DNA from: an uncultured Sphaerobacteraceae bacterium
GTDB lineage: Bacteria > Chloroflexota > Chloroflexia > Thermomicrobiales > UBA6265
Length of the DNA stretch: 64,000 nt
Direction of reading: 5' to 3'
NCBI GenBank assembly: GCA_964461025.1
Contig: CAYWSE010000006.1
Coordinates: 9,013-73,012, forward strand
Part shown: positions 45,667 to 54,296 of the stretch, one piece after another
How positions within the stretch are numbered: the stretch's first letter is position 1
Layout of the letters: every line of letters starts with the position of its first letter
Notes under the pieces: model-generated
The model's input: only the letters and a program-made list of their open reading frames with translations
Told to the model about the DNA's origin: nothing
Databases searched by the model: none
Made by a program: the position numbers and the translations under genes

Positions 45667-48147
45667 ATGCAATACGGCACACAACGCAGGCAACTGGCTG
45701 CTTCTCGCCCACAGCTTCCCGGCCTCCCGTCACGTCGCGGATCGATTGGCAGCGACTTGTCTGAGCCGCTGACGTCGTTTGTTGCCCGGGAGGCGGAAAT
45801 AGCCGATTTAGTGTTATGCCTCCGTGAACTTGACACGCGCCTGCTGACGCTAACTGGACCTGGAGGTGTTGGCAAAACCCGTCTCGCGATTCGTGTCGCG
45901 CATGAGCTGGCCCACGTCGAGAAGAGAACATCGGTTTTTGTTCCTCTCGCGCCAGTGACGAATCCTGCCGCGATCTTGGATACGATCGGGCGTGCGATCG
46001 GATTTCTCGGCCCCGAGGCGCCATCTCGTCCCGATCAGCTCGCCGAGCGCATCGGCGACGACAATCTCATCCTCGTGCTGGACAACTTCGAACAGCTCGT
46101 TTCCGAGGCTCCAGTGTTGACTCGGCTTCTCGGGCGCTGCCGTCGGTTGTCGATGATCGTCACAAGCCGGACCCTGCTGAGGGTCACGGGTGAACGCGAA
46201 CACCAGGTGCGGCCGCTCGAGACGCCGCCACCGGGAGCATCGGCAACCCAGATAGATGAATTTGGCGCCGCCCGTCTCTTCTTCGATCGGATGGCGACTG
46301 CTGGACAGAGAATTCCAGAGAAAACCGATCTGGCGTCTCACCAGCTCGTAGCCGATATCTGCCGGCAACTGGATGGTCTGCCATTGGCGATTGAGCTGGC
46401 GGCCGCGAAAACACGTCTCTTCTCGCTGGGTGAGATGCACACGCGGCTGCTTTCGGGCACGTTGGCGCTTTCCGAAGGTCCAAGAGATGCTCCGCCACGT
46501 CTGCAATCAATGGATGCAGCGGTTGCCTGGTCGTACGACATGCTCGATGCCAGCGAGCAGCGGATGTTCCGCCTGCTTTGCGCGTTCACTGGTGGATTCA
46601 CCATCGAATCCGCTGTTGGAGTGCACGAATTGCTCGCAGACGCCGGTCACCCCTCCGGTGACCCCGTCAGCACGATCGGATCGCTGCTCGAGCAGAGTTT
46701 GATCGTTCGCACGCTGGGTGTTCTGGGCGAACCACGATTCACGATACTGGAGACCATACGAGCGCATGGGTTGGTACGTCTCGAGACCGCTGGGGAAGAT
46801 GAATCAGCGCGAAAGGCGATTGCCTCGTGGCTGTCAGGCAACGTGCGCGCAGGAGGAGTGAATTGGGTTTTCACACCGCCGTTCGCTGAAGATGATGTGT
46901 TGATCAGCGAACACGACAACCTCCGTTCATCAGTGTCCTGGGCGATCGAACACGATTTTGGCAGGATCGCTGCGCAACTCACCGTGGGCCTCTGGCCGTT
47001 CCTCAGCAGGAATGGGCACTACACCGAGGCGCGAACAACGATGCGCAGAGTGCTCGAAACTGATCGTTCACTCGACCCAGACCTCATCGCAGGATTGTTG
47101 CTTGCTTCCTCCATCGCGTCATGGCGGCAAAGTGACTTTGACGCGTCTCGCGACTGCGCCACGCGGGCCCTTGCAATATGCCGGGAGCAGGGCATTCAGG
47201 CCGGGATTGGCAGCAGCCTACTGCAACTTGGCGAATCAGTCTTGGCTTCAGACCCCGTTCGCGCCGTCTCGCTGCATCGGAAGGCGCTGCAGATACACCG
47301 GCAAACCGGAAGCAACGATGCAATCGCCAGATCGCTTGAGGGATTGGGCGGTGCGCTGATGTATCTGGGCGACACAAGCGGAGCATCTGAGGCATTTACC
47401 GAGTTTGTGCGGATGGCCGGTGAGACTGCTGAGCTCTTCAATCCTCTCGGTTGGGTTGCCCTTGCCAGGGGCGATCTCGAAAAAAGTGAAACGCTTCTGA
47501 CCACTTCACTGGCCAAGGCTCGCCCGCGCGGCGCCACCTACTCTGAAGCTTGTCTGTTGCGGCTCATGGGCCGTGTCGACTGCTTGCGAGGAAGTTTCCG
47601 GAGTTCGGCCGTCTCGTATCAACAGGCACTTCGACTGGCGCTCTCATTGGGTGCATATCATGAAGCTGGCTACTGCGTTGCCGAGCTGGCAGCGGTTGCC
47701 AGTGCGGTGGGCGATCACGAGGTCGCCGCACGCTGGCTGGGCTTCGAGGCCCGTCAACGGGAACTACGGCGAGTTGGCCTGACTCCAGACGAAACGGACG
47801 TTCGCGAACATGCTCGGGCCCTTGCCGTTGCCGAGATCGGATCGGATCGTTTCGACAGTTGTTTTCAGGAAGGCCAGCTCCTCGTTCCGTCATTCGTATG
47901 GGACGAGGCGCTCCGTTGGAAACCGAATCGAAACGCCAAAGCTCGCAACAACGTCGTCCTGACTCCCCGGGAGCGTGAAGTGCTCACGCATCTGGCTGAG
48001 CATCGAACGAACAAGCAGATCGCCGACTCGCTCTTTGTCGGTCAGCGCACGATAGACACTCATGTCGCACACATCCTGGCCAAGCTCGGCGTCGCATCAC
48101 GCGGTGATGCGATTGAAGCGGCCCGATTCCAGGGGGTTCTCGAGTAG
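45667..48147 (+). CDS. LuxR-family transcriptional regulator with N-terminal STAND/AAA ATPase and TPR-like region (LAL type), copy 2
   Basis: Walker A LTGPGGVGKTRLA and LVLDNFEQL. C-terminal HTH LTPREREVLTHLAEHRTNKQIADSLFVGQRTIDTHVAHILAK. Confidence 0.88.
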   Translation: MQYGTQRRQLAASRPQLPGLPSRRGSIGSDLSEPLTSFVAREAEIADLVLCLRELDTRLLTLTGPGGVGKTRLAIRVAHELAHVEKRTSVFVPLAPVTNPAAILDTIGRAIGFLGPEAPSRPDQLAERIGDDNLILVLDNFEQLVSEAPVLTRLLGRCRRLSMIVTSRTLLRVTGEREHQVRPLETPPPGASATQIDEFGAARLFFDRMATAGQRIPEKTDLASHQLVADICRQLDGLPLAIELAAAKTRLFSLGEMHTRLLSGTLALSEGPRDAPPRLQSMDAAVAWSYDMLDASEQRMFRLLCAFTGGFTIESAVGVHELLADAGHPSGDPVSTIGSLLEQSLIVRTLGVLGEPRFTILETIRAHGLVRLETAGEDESARKAIASWLSGNVRAGGVNWVFTPPFAEDDVLISEHDNLRSSVSWAIEHDFGRIAAQLTVGLWPFLSRNGHYTEARTTMRRVLETDRSLDPDLIAGLLLASSIASWRQSDFDASRDCATRALAICREQGIQAGIGSSLLQLGESVLASDPVRAVSLHRKALQIHRQTGSNDAIARSLEGLGGALMYLGDTSGASEAFTEFVRMAGETAELFNPLGWVALARGDLEKSETLLTTSLAKARPRGATYSEACLLRLMGRVDCLRGSFRSSAVSYQQALRLALSLGAYHEAGYCVAELAAVASAVGDHEVAARWLGFEARQRELRRVGLTPDETDVREHARALAVAEIGSDRFDSCFQEGQLLVPSFVWDEALRWKPNRNAKARNNVVLTPREREVLTHLAEHRTNKQIADSLFVGQRTIDTHVAHILAKLGVASRGDAIEAARFQGVLE

Positions 48148-48342
48148 CAGCATCTGCGCTCGACTCAGAAATGCCCGGTGACGTGCTCGGCTTCTCCGCA
48201 TACGGATTTCTTCGCGTGTGTACAAAACTCCGTACCTTCTGCGATTCTCTTTTGCAGATCAAGAGAGCATGTTTGATGCGGGCGTCCACTATGCGTTCCC
48301 GTGGGGCAGAACACCCGGGCGCCAGAGCGAAACGCATCAAGG

Positions 48343-49596
48343 ATGACAACTCACACTCGGCACCAACCCAATCGAACAGCAACCGGATTGCTGGCAGCGC
48401 TCCTGCTGGCGACAGGCCTGGTGCTGGGTCAGGTCGTCAATGTCATCATGCCTGGAGGCGCCACATACAAACCGAACGCGAACGCCGGCGCGCGGCTGAT
48501 TGCGGAACGCTACTACGACGCGGTGAACACTTTGCTCCAGAGTGGAGACGAATCAGCGCTGAGGGAACTCCTCCATCCTGATTTCAACGATCACCTGCAC
48601 AGCAACACCGATCCCCGTGACGTCTCATCTCTGATCCATGCGCTAAATAGCATCAGGGAGCAATCACCTTCGTTGAACGTGCATGCTGACATCACTCGAG
48701 TCGAGGGCGGAATGGTCCTGGCAAGGCTGACACTCGTCGGTAGCTCGAAGAGACTTGCCGGTGACGTGTTTGTTGTCGACGCTCCAACTTCGGGCGGTTT
48801 TGAGGTGTTGAGAGTCGATGGTCAGACCGTTATTGAGCGCTGGTCGGAGACGACATATCCGGAACCTCAGCATCTTCGTCTGCTTGGTTCACTTGATATC
48901 GATCCGGCCGCACGACCGCAGGATGTGTATCTGGAGCGCGTGGAAATCGATCGCTACTCGTCGTTTGAAGTCACGAAGAACGGTGGTTCTATCATTGTTG
49001 CCGAATCCGGAACACCAAACGTCATCTTCAAACCGCTCAATGCCAATCAAGAGCATACGGAATCTGCAACCAGCATTGCGCTGAGATCCGGCGAGGCGCA
49101 GAGCATTCCCGGGTCGGTTCCATTTACCGTTCGCAACGCGGGGCTGGAAAGAGCCGTTGTACTGTTCGTTTATGTTCGTGAGGTCTTCGACTTCATCGTG
49201 GTGCAATCGAGCGGCGTCGTAAATCAGCGCGATCAGCCTGGAATTCGCCAGACACTTCTGGCATATGGGCCGATCGGTGGCGGGACGGCCTGTCACTGTG
49301 AAATGAAGGTGCATGAGCTCTACATGCCACCAGGCAGCCGAGTGCCGGACCACGCAACCGCAGGCGCGGAGCTCATACTTGTCACAGAAGGGCAAATCGA
49401 CGCCTCGATCTCTGGCGGCACGTTTCGGCGGCTCACGCCGTCAGGAACGCTCGGCCGAATCGCCGATAACACGAGACTGGCAGCCGACGAAGCGATCGCC
49501 GCGGAAGCCGGAGTACTTGTCGCGTATGCACCGGCCGTGTACGAATCCGCAGCAATCGTGTTTGTAGCACTGAATCCGCTGCCTCCTGCGCTTTGA
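48343..49596 (+). CDS. Membrane-anchored SnoaL/NTF2-like + double-cupin-like protein, paralog C
   Basis: TM GLLAALLLATGLVLGQ. Motifs ERYYDAVN, LHPDFNDH and TVIERWS. The start is uncertain: ATG 48343 or GTG 48301. Confidence 0.72.
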   Translation: MTTHTRHQPNRTATGLLAALLLATGLVLGQVVNVIMPGGATYKPNANAGARLIAERYYDAVNTLLQSGDESALRELLHPDFNDHLHSNTDPRDVSSLIHALNSIREQSPSLNVHADITRVEGGMVLARLTLVGSSKRLAGDVFVVDAPTSGGFEVLRVDGQTVIERWSETTYPEPQHLRLLGSLDIDPAARPQDVYLERVEIDRYSSFEVTKNGGSIIVAESGTPNVIFKPLNANQEHTESATSIALRSGEAQSIPGSVPFTVRNAGLERAVVLFVYVREVFDFIVVQSSGVVNQRDQPGIRQTLLAYGPIGGGTACHCEMKVHELYMPPGSRVPDHATAGAELILVTEGQIDASISGGTFRRLTPSGTLGRIADNTRLAADEAIAAEAGVLVAYAPAVYESAAIVFVALNPLPPAL

Positions 49597-49730
49597 CGAC
49601 CGACGGACAAAAATCGATCTCGAGATCGTAGCGATCGGACAAGCCCCGATGTCCGGAAAGCGACGCCCGATTCGTCCGTGCCACCTCGTATACTCCGCAG
49701 GTGTCATCCGGCGGTCGGATTGCCGGGTGA

Positions 49731-50954
49731 ATGTTGAGCTGGAGCACCAGACTCGTGGACCATACGACCGAGCCAGCAGGCCTGAGACAGCGTGGATTTG
49801 CCACCAGAGCGGTCCACGCTGGCGAACGACCAGAGCGATCGCCCATTGTCCCGACATCGACACCGATCTACCCCTCGACTTCCTACCTCTACAATGACAT
49901 TACGGCCCTTGACTCCGTCCTCGGCGGCGAAGCAGAGGGGTTTGCCTATTCCCGATATGGCAATCCCACCACCCGCGCGCTGGAAACTGCCATCGCCGCG
50001 CTCGAGGGCACAGACGGCGCCGTCGCCTTTGCCTCGGGAATGGCCGCCCTCCACGCCGCCTTGCTGCTCGACGTCAAAGCCGGATCGCGCATCGTCGCAT
50101 CGACCGATCTCTACGGCGCCACCGCCCAGCTTCTGACCACGGTTTTCTCCTCGCTCGGCGTCGAAACGACCTTCGTCTCCCTCTTCGATCTCGATGCATT
50201 GCGGAAAACCGTTGAAGAAGTCCGTCCGCGCGTTCTCCTTTGCGAAACGATCTCCAATCCCCTCCTCCGCGTCGCCGATCTGCCGGCAATCGTCGAAATC
50301 GCGCATGCCGTTCGCGCCAAGGTCGTCTGCGACAACACCTTCGCCACCCCCGCACTGGTGCGACCGGCCGAATTCGGCGTCGATACCGTCGTCCATTCGA
50401 CGACCAAATACCTCGGAGGCCACGGCGACGTCACCGGCGGTGCCGTGTGCACCGAGTTCGATCGCGTTTTCGAGCTGAACGAGCTCACCAAACTGGTCGG
50501 CGGTGTGCCCGGGCCGTTCGAGTCCTGGTTGACGTTGCGGGGTTTGAAAACGCTGCCCCTTCGCATCAGACAGCAGAGCTGCAACGCCGAGGCGGTGGCC
50601 CGATTCCTGAACGACCACCCCCGCGTCGAACGCGTCCACTGGCCCGGATTTCAGACCGAAGTGCCGGAGCGCGTTTTCACGTCCGACCTGCGCGGCGGTA
50701 TGGTCTCATTCCAGATTCGCGACGCCAGGCGCGACGACATCTTCCGTTTTCTCGAGTCGCTCGATCTCTTCCTGCCCGGCACGACACTTGGCGACGTCTA
50801 CAGCCTCGCTCTCTATCCGCCGATGTCGTCGCACCGGGGCATGGACCCCGACGACCTCGCCGCTGCCGGCATCACCGAGAACCTGATTCGCCTCTCGATC
50901 GGTATCGAGGACGCCGATGACCTCATCGCCGATCTCGGCAACGCGCTGGCATGA
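49731..50954 (+). CDS. Cys/Met-metabolism PLP-dependent enzyme (cystathionine gamma-synthase / gamma-lyase / sulfhydrylase family)
   Basis: Motifs TRAVHAG, YSRYGNPT and the PLP-lysine motif HSTTKYLGGHGD. Confidence 0.88.
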   Translation: MLSWSTRLVDHTTEPAGLRQRGFATRAVHAGERPERSPIVPTSTPIYPSTSYLYNDITALDSVLGGEAEGFAYSRYGNPTTRALETAIAALEGTDGAVAFASGMAALHAALLLDVKAGSRIVASTDLYGATAQLLTTVFSSLGVETTFVSLFDLDALRKTVEEVRPRVLLCETISNPLLRVADLPAIVEIAHAVRAKVVCDNTFATPALVRPAEFGVDTVVHSTTKYLGGHGDVTGGAVCTEFDRVFELNELTKLVGGVPGPFESWLTLRGLKTLPLRIRQQSCNAEAVARFLNDHPRVERVHWPGFQTEVPERVFTSDLRGGMVSFQIRDARRDDIFRFLESLDLFLPGTTLGDVYSLALYPPMSSHRGMDPDDLAAAGITENLIRLSIGIEDADDLIADLGNALA

Positions 50955-51361
50955 GCACGCTCCGTGTCGTCCAGCGTCATAGCCGGCTCATTTGGGCGGT
51001 CGTCGCGGTCGTTCTCGTCCCTTTCGTCATCTGGCTGGCCAGGGACCAGGGTCATGGCTGGATCGCCCTGGCGTTCGGGCTGATGCCGGACATCGGACTC
51101 CTCTACGGCATGTCACCATCCCTCGCCAAAGGTCAGCTCCATCCACGCGCCGTTCCGCTCTACAACATCCTGCACAGTGTCGGCGGACCATTGGTCACGA
51201 TTCTCGCCGGCCTCTCCGGCCCAGCCCCGGAATGGCTCCTCATCGCCGGACTCGCCTGGCTGGCCCATGTCGCAGTCGACCGCGCCCTCGGCTACGGCCT
51301 CCGCGACAAAAATGGCTATGTGAGGGACACTGGGCACCCCACAATGGGCACTGGCCAATAG
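50951..51361 (+). CDS. DUF4260 family membrane protein
   Basis: ATGA overlap with the upstream gene. Motifs LMPDIGLLYG, YN.LHS and WLAHVAVDRALGYGLR. Confidence 0.75.
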   Translation: MSTLRVVQRHSRLIWAVVAVVLVPFVIWLARDQGHGWIALAFGLMPDIGLLYGMSPSLAKGQLHPRAVPLYNILHSVGGPLVTILAGLSGPAPEWLLIAGLAWLAHVAVDRALGYGLRDKNGYVRDTGHPTMGTGQ

Positions 51362-51440
51362 TCCGTCTCCAGCGAACCGCCGACGAAAGAACCTCTCTCC
51401 GGATGGACAATCCCTTCGCAGAGGTCAACCGTGCACTGGC

Positions 51441-51546
51441 CTCCTACCATCCACCATTTGCCCTCTACCAGTTGCCAGTTACCAGTTACCTTCACCCTTT
51501 GCCCTTTGCCACTTACCCTCCGCCCAGTTCCCAGTTCCCAGTTCCC
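51441..51546 (+). repeat. Fifteen consecutive in-register heptanucleotide repeats, pyrimidine-rich on the + strand
   Basis: Units: ctcctac catccac catttgc cctctac cagttgc cagttac cagttac cttcacc ctttgcc ctttgcc acttacc ctccgcc cagttcc cagttcc cagttcc. Confidence 0.9.
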
Positions 51547-51600
51547 AAAAACTTGCCTCCCCGCCCTGAATCCACTATCTTGACGAACAACTAAACATTG

Positions 51601-51627
51601 CGGTCGCCACGCCTTCCCCGGCGACCG
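51601..51627 (+). promoter_or_regulatory. Stem-loop directly upstream of the moeZ-like ribosome-binding site
   Basis: cggtcgcc-(11 nt)-ggcgaccg forms an 8-bp stem that ends 17 nt before the ATG at 51645. Its function is unknown. Confidence 0.3.
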
Positions 51628-51644
51628 CCGGGAGACAGGATTCA

Positions 51645-52817
51645 ATGACCACATACCGCGACCTTCTCGAGCAAACCCGCTCCGAAATCACCAATATCGA
51701 CAACGCCCAGGCCGAACGACTTCGCCGCGAAGGCGTTCCCTTCGTCGACGTCCGTGAGCAGGATGAAGTCGAACAGGGGATGATTTCCGGCGCGACGTAC
51801 ATCCCCCGCAGCTACCTCGAATCGCGCATCGAAAATGTCGCACCAGACAGAAGCGCCCCGCTTGTCGTCTATTGCGCCGGCGGCGCCCGCTCCGCATTCG
51901 CCATCAAGGCGCTGGAAGCGCTCGGTTACACGAACGCGCTCAATCTCGACGGTGGATTCAACTCCTGGAAGATCTCAAACCTTCCCTGGAGTGTGCCCCA
52001 GAGCTACACCCCCGAGCAGCGACGCCGGTACAGCCGCCATTTTCTTCTGCCCGAAGTCGGCGAAGCAGGCCAGCGAAAACTGCTCGATACCCGCGTGCTG
52101 ATGATCGGCGCCGGTGGTCTCGGTTCGCCCGCCGCCCTCTACCTCGCCGCCGCGGGCATCGGCACGATTGGCCTGGTCGACGACGACCTCGTCGACGACT
52201 CGAACATGCAGCGCCAGGTCGCTCACACCACCGATCGCATCGGCATGCCCAAGGTCGAGTCGGCCAAGATCGCCATTCAGTCGATCAACCCCGACGTCAA
52301 GGTCAACACCTACCAGACCCGCCTCGACAAGGAAAACGTCCTCGACATCTTTGCCGGCTACGACATCATCTTCGATGGCACCGACAACTTCGCTAGCCGC
52401 TACCTGATCAACGACGCCTGCGTGCTTCTCGACAAACCGAATATCCATGGCAGCATCTTCCGTTTCGAGGGGCAGGCGACTGTCTTCCACCCGCCGGAAG
52501 GTCCCTGCTATCGCTGCCTCTTCCCAGATCCGCCGCCGCCGGAGCTCGCCCCGAATTGCGCCGAAGCCGGCGTGCTCGGTGTCCTTCCCGGCACGATCGG
52601 GCTGATCCAGGCGACCGAAACGCTCAAAATCGCACTCGGCATCGGCGACACCCTCGTCGGCCGGCTTCTCGCCTACGATGCGCTTTATCAGGAATTCCGC
52701 GAGCTCAAGCTCGACCGCGACCCTGCCTGCCCGATGTGCGGCGAGAACCGCCCCACCTCACTCGACGACATCGAATACACCGACGTCGGCTGTCTCATCC
52801 CAGCCTTCGCCGGGTAG
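51645..52817 (+). CDS. moeZ: Rhodanese-ThiF/MoeB fusion: sulfur-carrier-protein adenylyltransferase/sulfurtransferase (MoeZ-like, rhodanese at the N-terminus)
   Basis: aa 1-110 are rhodanese, with active-site loop VVYCAGGARS. This is followed by RYSRHFLLPEVG..GQ..L and IGAGGLGSPAALYLAAAGIG, then CYRC and CPMC zinc-site pairs. Confidence 0.85.
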   Translation: MTTYRDLLEQTRSEITNIDNAQAERLRREGVPFVDVREQDEVEQGMISGATYIPRSYLESRIENVAPDRSAPLVVYCAGGARSAFAIKALEALGYTNALNLDGGFNSWKISNLPWSVPQSYTPEQRRRYSRHFLLPEVGEAGQRKLLDTRVLMIGAGGLGSPAALYLAAAGIGTIGLVDDDLVDDSNMQRQVAHTTDRIGMPKVESAKIAIQSINPDVKVNTYQTRLDKENVLDIFAGYDIIFDGTDNFASRYLINDACVLLDKPNIHGSIFRFEGQATVFHPPEGPCYRCLFPDPPPPELAPNCAEAGVLGVLPGTIGLIQATETLKIALGIGDTLVGRLLAYDALYQEFRELKLDRDPACPMCGENRPTSLDDIEYTDVGCLIPAFAG

Positions 52818-52831
52818 TCGCCCCTCAAAAA

Positions 52832-52866
52832 GAACCCTCTCCCGCGGTCGGGAGAGGGCAGGGTGA
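52832..52866. repeat. Copy of the ccctctcccgcggtcgggagaggg hairpin repeat
   Basis: gaaccctctcccgcggtcgggagagggcagggtga is identical to 35164-35198. On the minus strand the stem is followed by ttcttttt. Confidence 0.8.
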
Positions 52867-52982
52867 TGGACGTCCCCACCGCACCAGACACGACGCTCGC
52901 TGACGTCAACGACGCCCCGCCGCCGTATATGGCATGCGTGCACCATCCCCACGGCGACTCTCGGCGACCTCAGCGATGCCCC

Positions 52983-53005
52983 GTAGCGGCGCACAGCGGT
53001 GCGCC
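52983..53005 (+). repeat. GTAG-headed REP-like palindrome with a different stem sequence
   Basis: cgtagc followed by ggcgcac-agcg-gtgcgcc (7-bp stem). Confidence 0.55.
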
Positions 53006-53132
53006 CGTCGCATCCCAGACGGCGTACGCGCCCCGCAAACCAGCCACGCGATTGGTTCTTGACCATGGCTCGTCGCCTGGGTTGCGCACGGCGTATCACC
53101 GTGCGCAGTTACAACATTGACCACTGGCCCGC

Positions 53133-53160
53133 GATCTACGCCTTACGGTCTACGGCCTAC
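53133..53160 (+). repeat. Four heptanucleotide repeats with unit GNNYTAC
   Basis: gatctac gccttac ggtctac ggcctac, directly 3' of the minus-strand anti-sigma gene stop (53169). Confidence 0.75.
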
Positions 53161-53168
53161 GTCGATTG

Positions 53169-54296
53169 TCACGTCGCAATCAACACCCCGACCATCCCCG
53201 CCTCCATATGCCCGGGAATATCGCAGTGCATTTGCCACTCGCCCGCATCCGGCGGCGCGATCGAGATGATCCGCGTTTCGCCGGGCGGCACATCGATTGA
53301 GATTCCCAGGTCTGGAATCGTCAGGTTGTGCGGCGCCGCGCCTTCGTTCACGATTTCCACATTCGACGTGACCAGTGCCGGGAGGAAGAGCTCCGGCGGA
53401 TCGAACCGAATGTCCCGAAGCGTGATCTGGGCATCGGCCGGTCCCTCATACGTCGCAGCCGTGTCGGACGATTCATCCGTTGCGATGATCCACCCCACCA
53501 TCCCCGCTTCGCGGTGGCCCACGATGGAACAGTAGAACTCGTACTCACCCGGTTCGAGAGTAAGCTGTATTAGCGTCACTTCACCCGGCTCCACGGTCAC
53601 TGGTTCGACGAGCCCTGCCACCAGAACGACCGTATGGGGAGACGATCCTTCGTTGATCACCCAGATGCCAACTGGGACGTTGGCCGGCACTCTCAGTACC
53701 GCCGGGTCGTAGTAGATGTCCCGCAGCACGAGCGTCGTTTCGAACTCCGGCTGTAGCGTGGCTTGCGGCTCGGCCGTCATCGTCGGAACGACGATCGCCG
53801 TCGAAGTCGGTGACGGAGCGAGCGTCGGTTCCGGCGATGCGACAGCGAGCTGACCGTCACCCGGCGGCTGCGCGGCAGGAATGATCGTCGTCCGGCCCCC
53901 ATTGCCCGGACCGAATGGCCCCCGCTCACTGCTCACCAGATATCCGCCAACCGCCAGAAACGCCAGCAACACCGCCGCCGCCAACATGGTCCAACGCGGC
54001 AGACCGCGTCTCTCACGCTCCTCTTCGTCATACACGGGCATCGGCGCCACCGGGACGACCTTCAAGGGCCGCTGCTCGACGCCCCCATTTGTCGACAACA
54101 CGCGCTGCCGCAACCGCTCCAGATCGGCCGCTTCGACACGAGGCGCTGTCTCCTGCAACTCCTGCGTCAGCGCGAACAACGCCCGATCGTCATCATCGAG
54201 GTCGATCGGCAAACCCACCAGCGGCGAGGCGAGGAGTTCGTCCCAGTAGCGGTCGAGACGCTTCGCCCGGTCTTTGTCAAAGTCGCGTGAGGTCAT
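53169..54296 (-). CDS. Anti-sigma-like membrane protein with two extracytoplasmic type-1-copper cupredoxin domains
   Basis: N-terminal LDRYWDELL motif and TM MLAAAVLLAFLAVGGYLV. Two domains carry His...Cys-x4-His-x4-Met ligand sets: SSPHTVV...FYCSIVGHREAGM and AAPHNLT...MHCDIPGHMEAGM. Confidence 0.8.
   Translation of the reverse strand: MTSRDFDKDRAKRLDRYWDELLASPLVGLPIDLDDDDRALFALTQELQETAPRVEAADLERLRQRVLSTNGGVEQRPLKVVPVAPMPVYDEEERERRGLPRWTMLAAAVLLAFLAVGGYLVSSERGPFGPGNGGRTTIIPAAQPPGDGQLAVASPEPTLAPSPTSTAIVVPTMTAEPQATLQPEFETTLVLRDIYYDPAVLRVPANVPVGIWVINEGSSPHTVVLVAGLVEPVTVEPGEVTLIQLTLEPGEYEFYCSIVGHREAGMVGWIIATDESSDTAATYEGPADAQITLRDIRFDPPELFLPALVTSNVEIVNEGAAPHNLTIPDLGISIDVPPGETRIISIAPPDAGEWQMHCDIPGHMEAGMVGVLIAT

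Noticed and set aside
49597-49730. A possible SAM or other riboswitch upstream of the trans-sulfuration gene. The same question was asked upstream of cysM at 57008-57136.
   Set aside because: I could not recognise SAM-I, SAM-II or other conserved riboswitch cores. Only a GTAG-type hairpin and small stems are present. A covariance-model scan (Rfam/Infernal) would be decisive.
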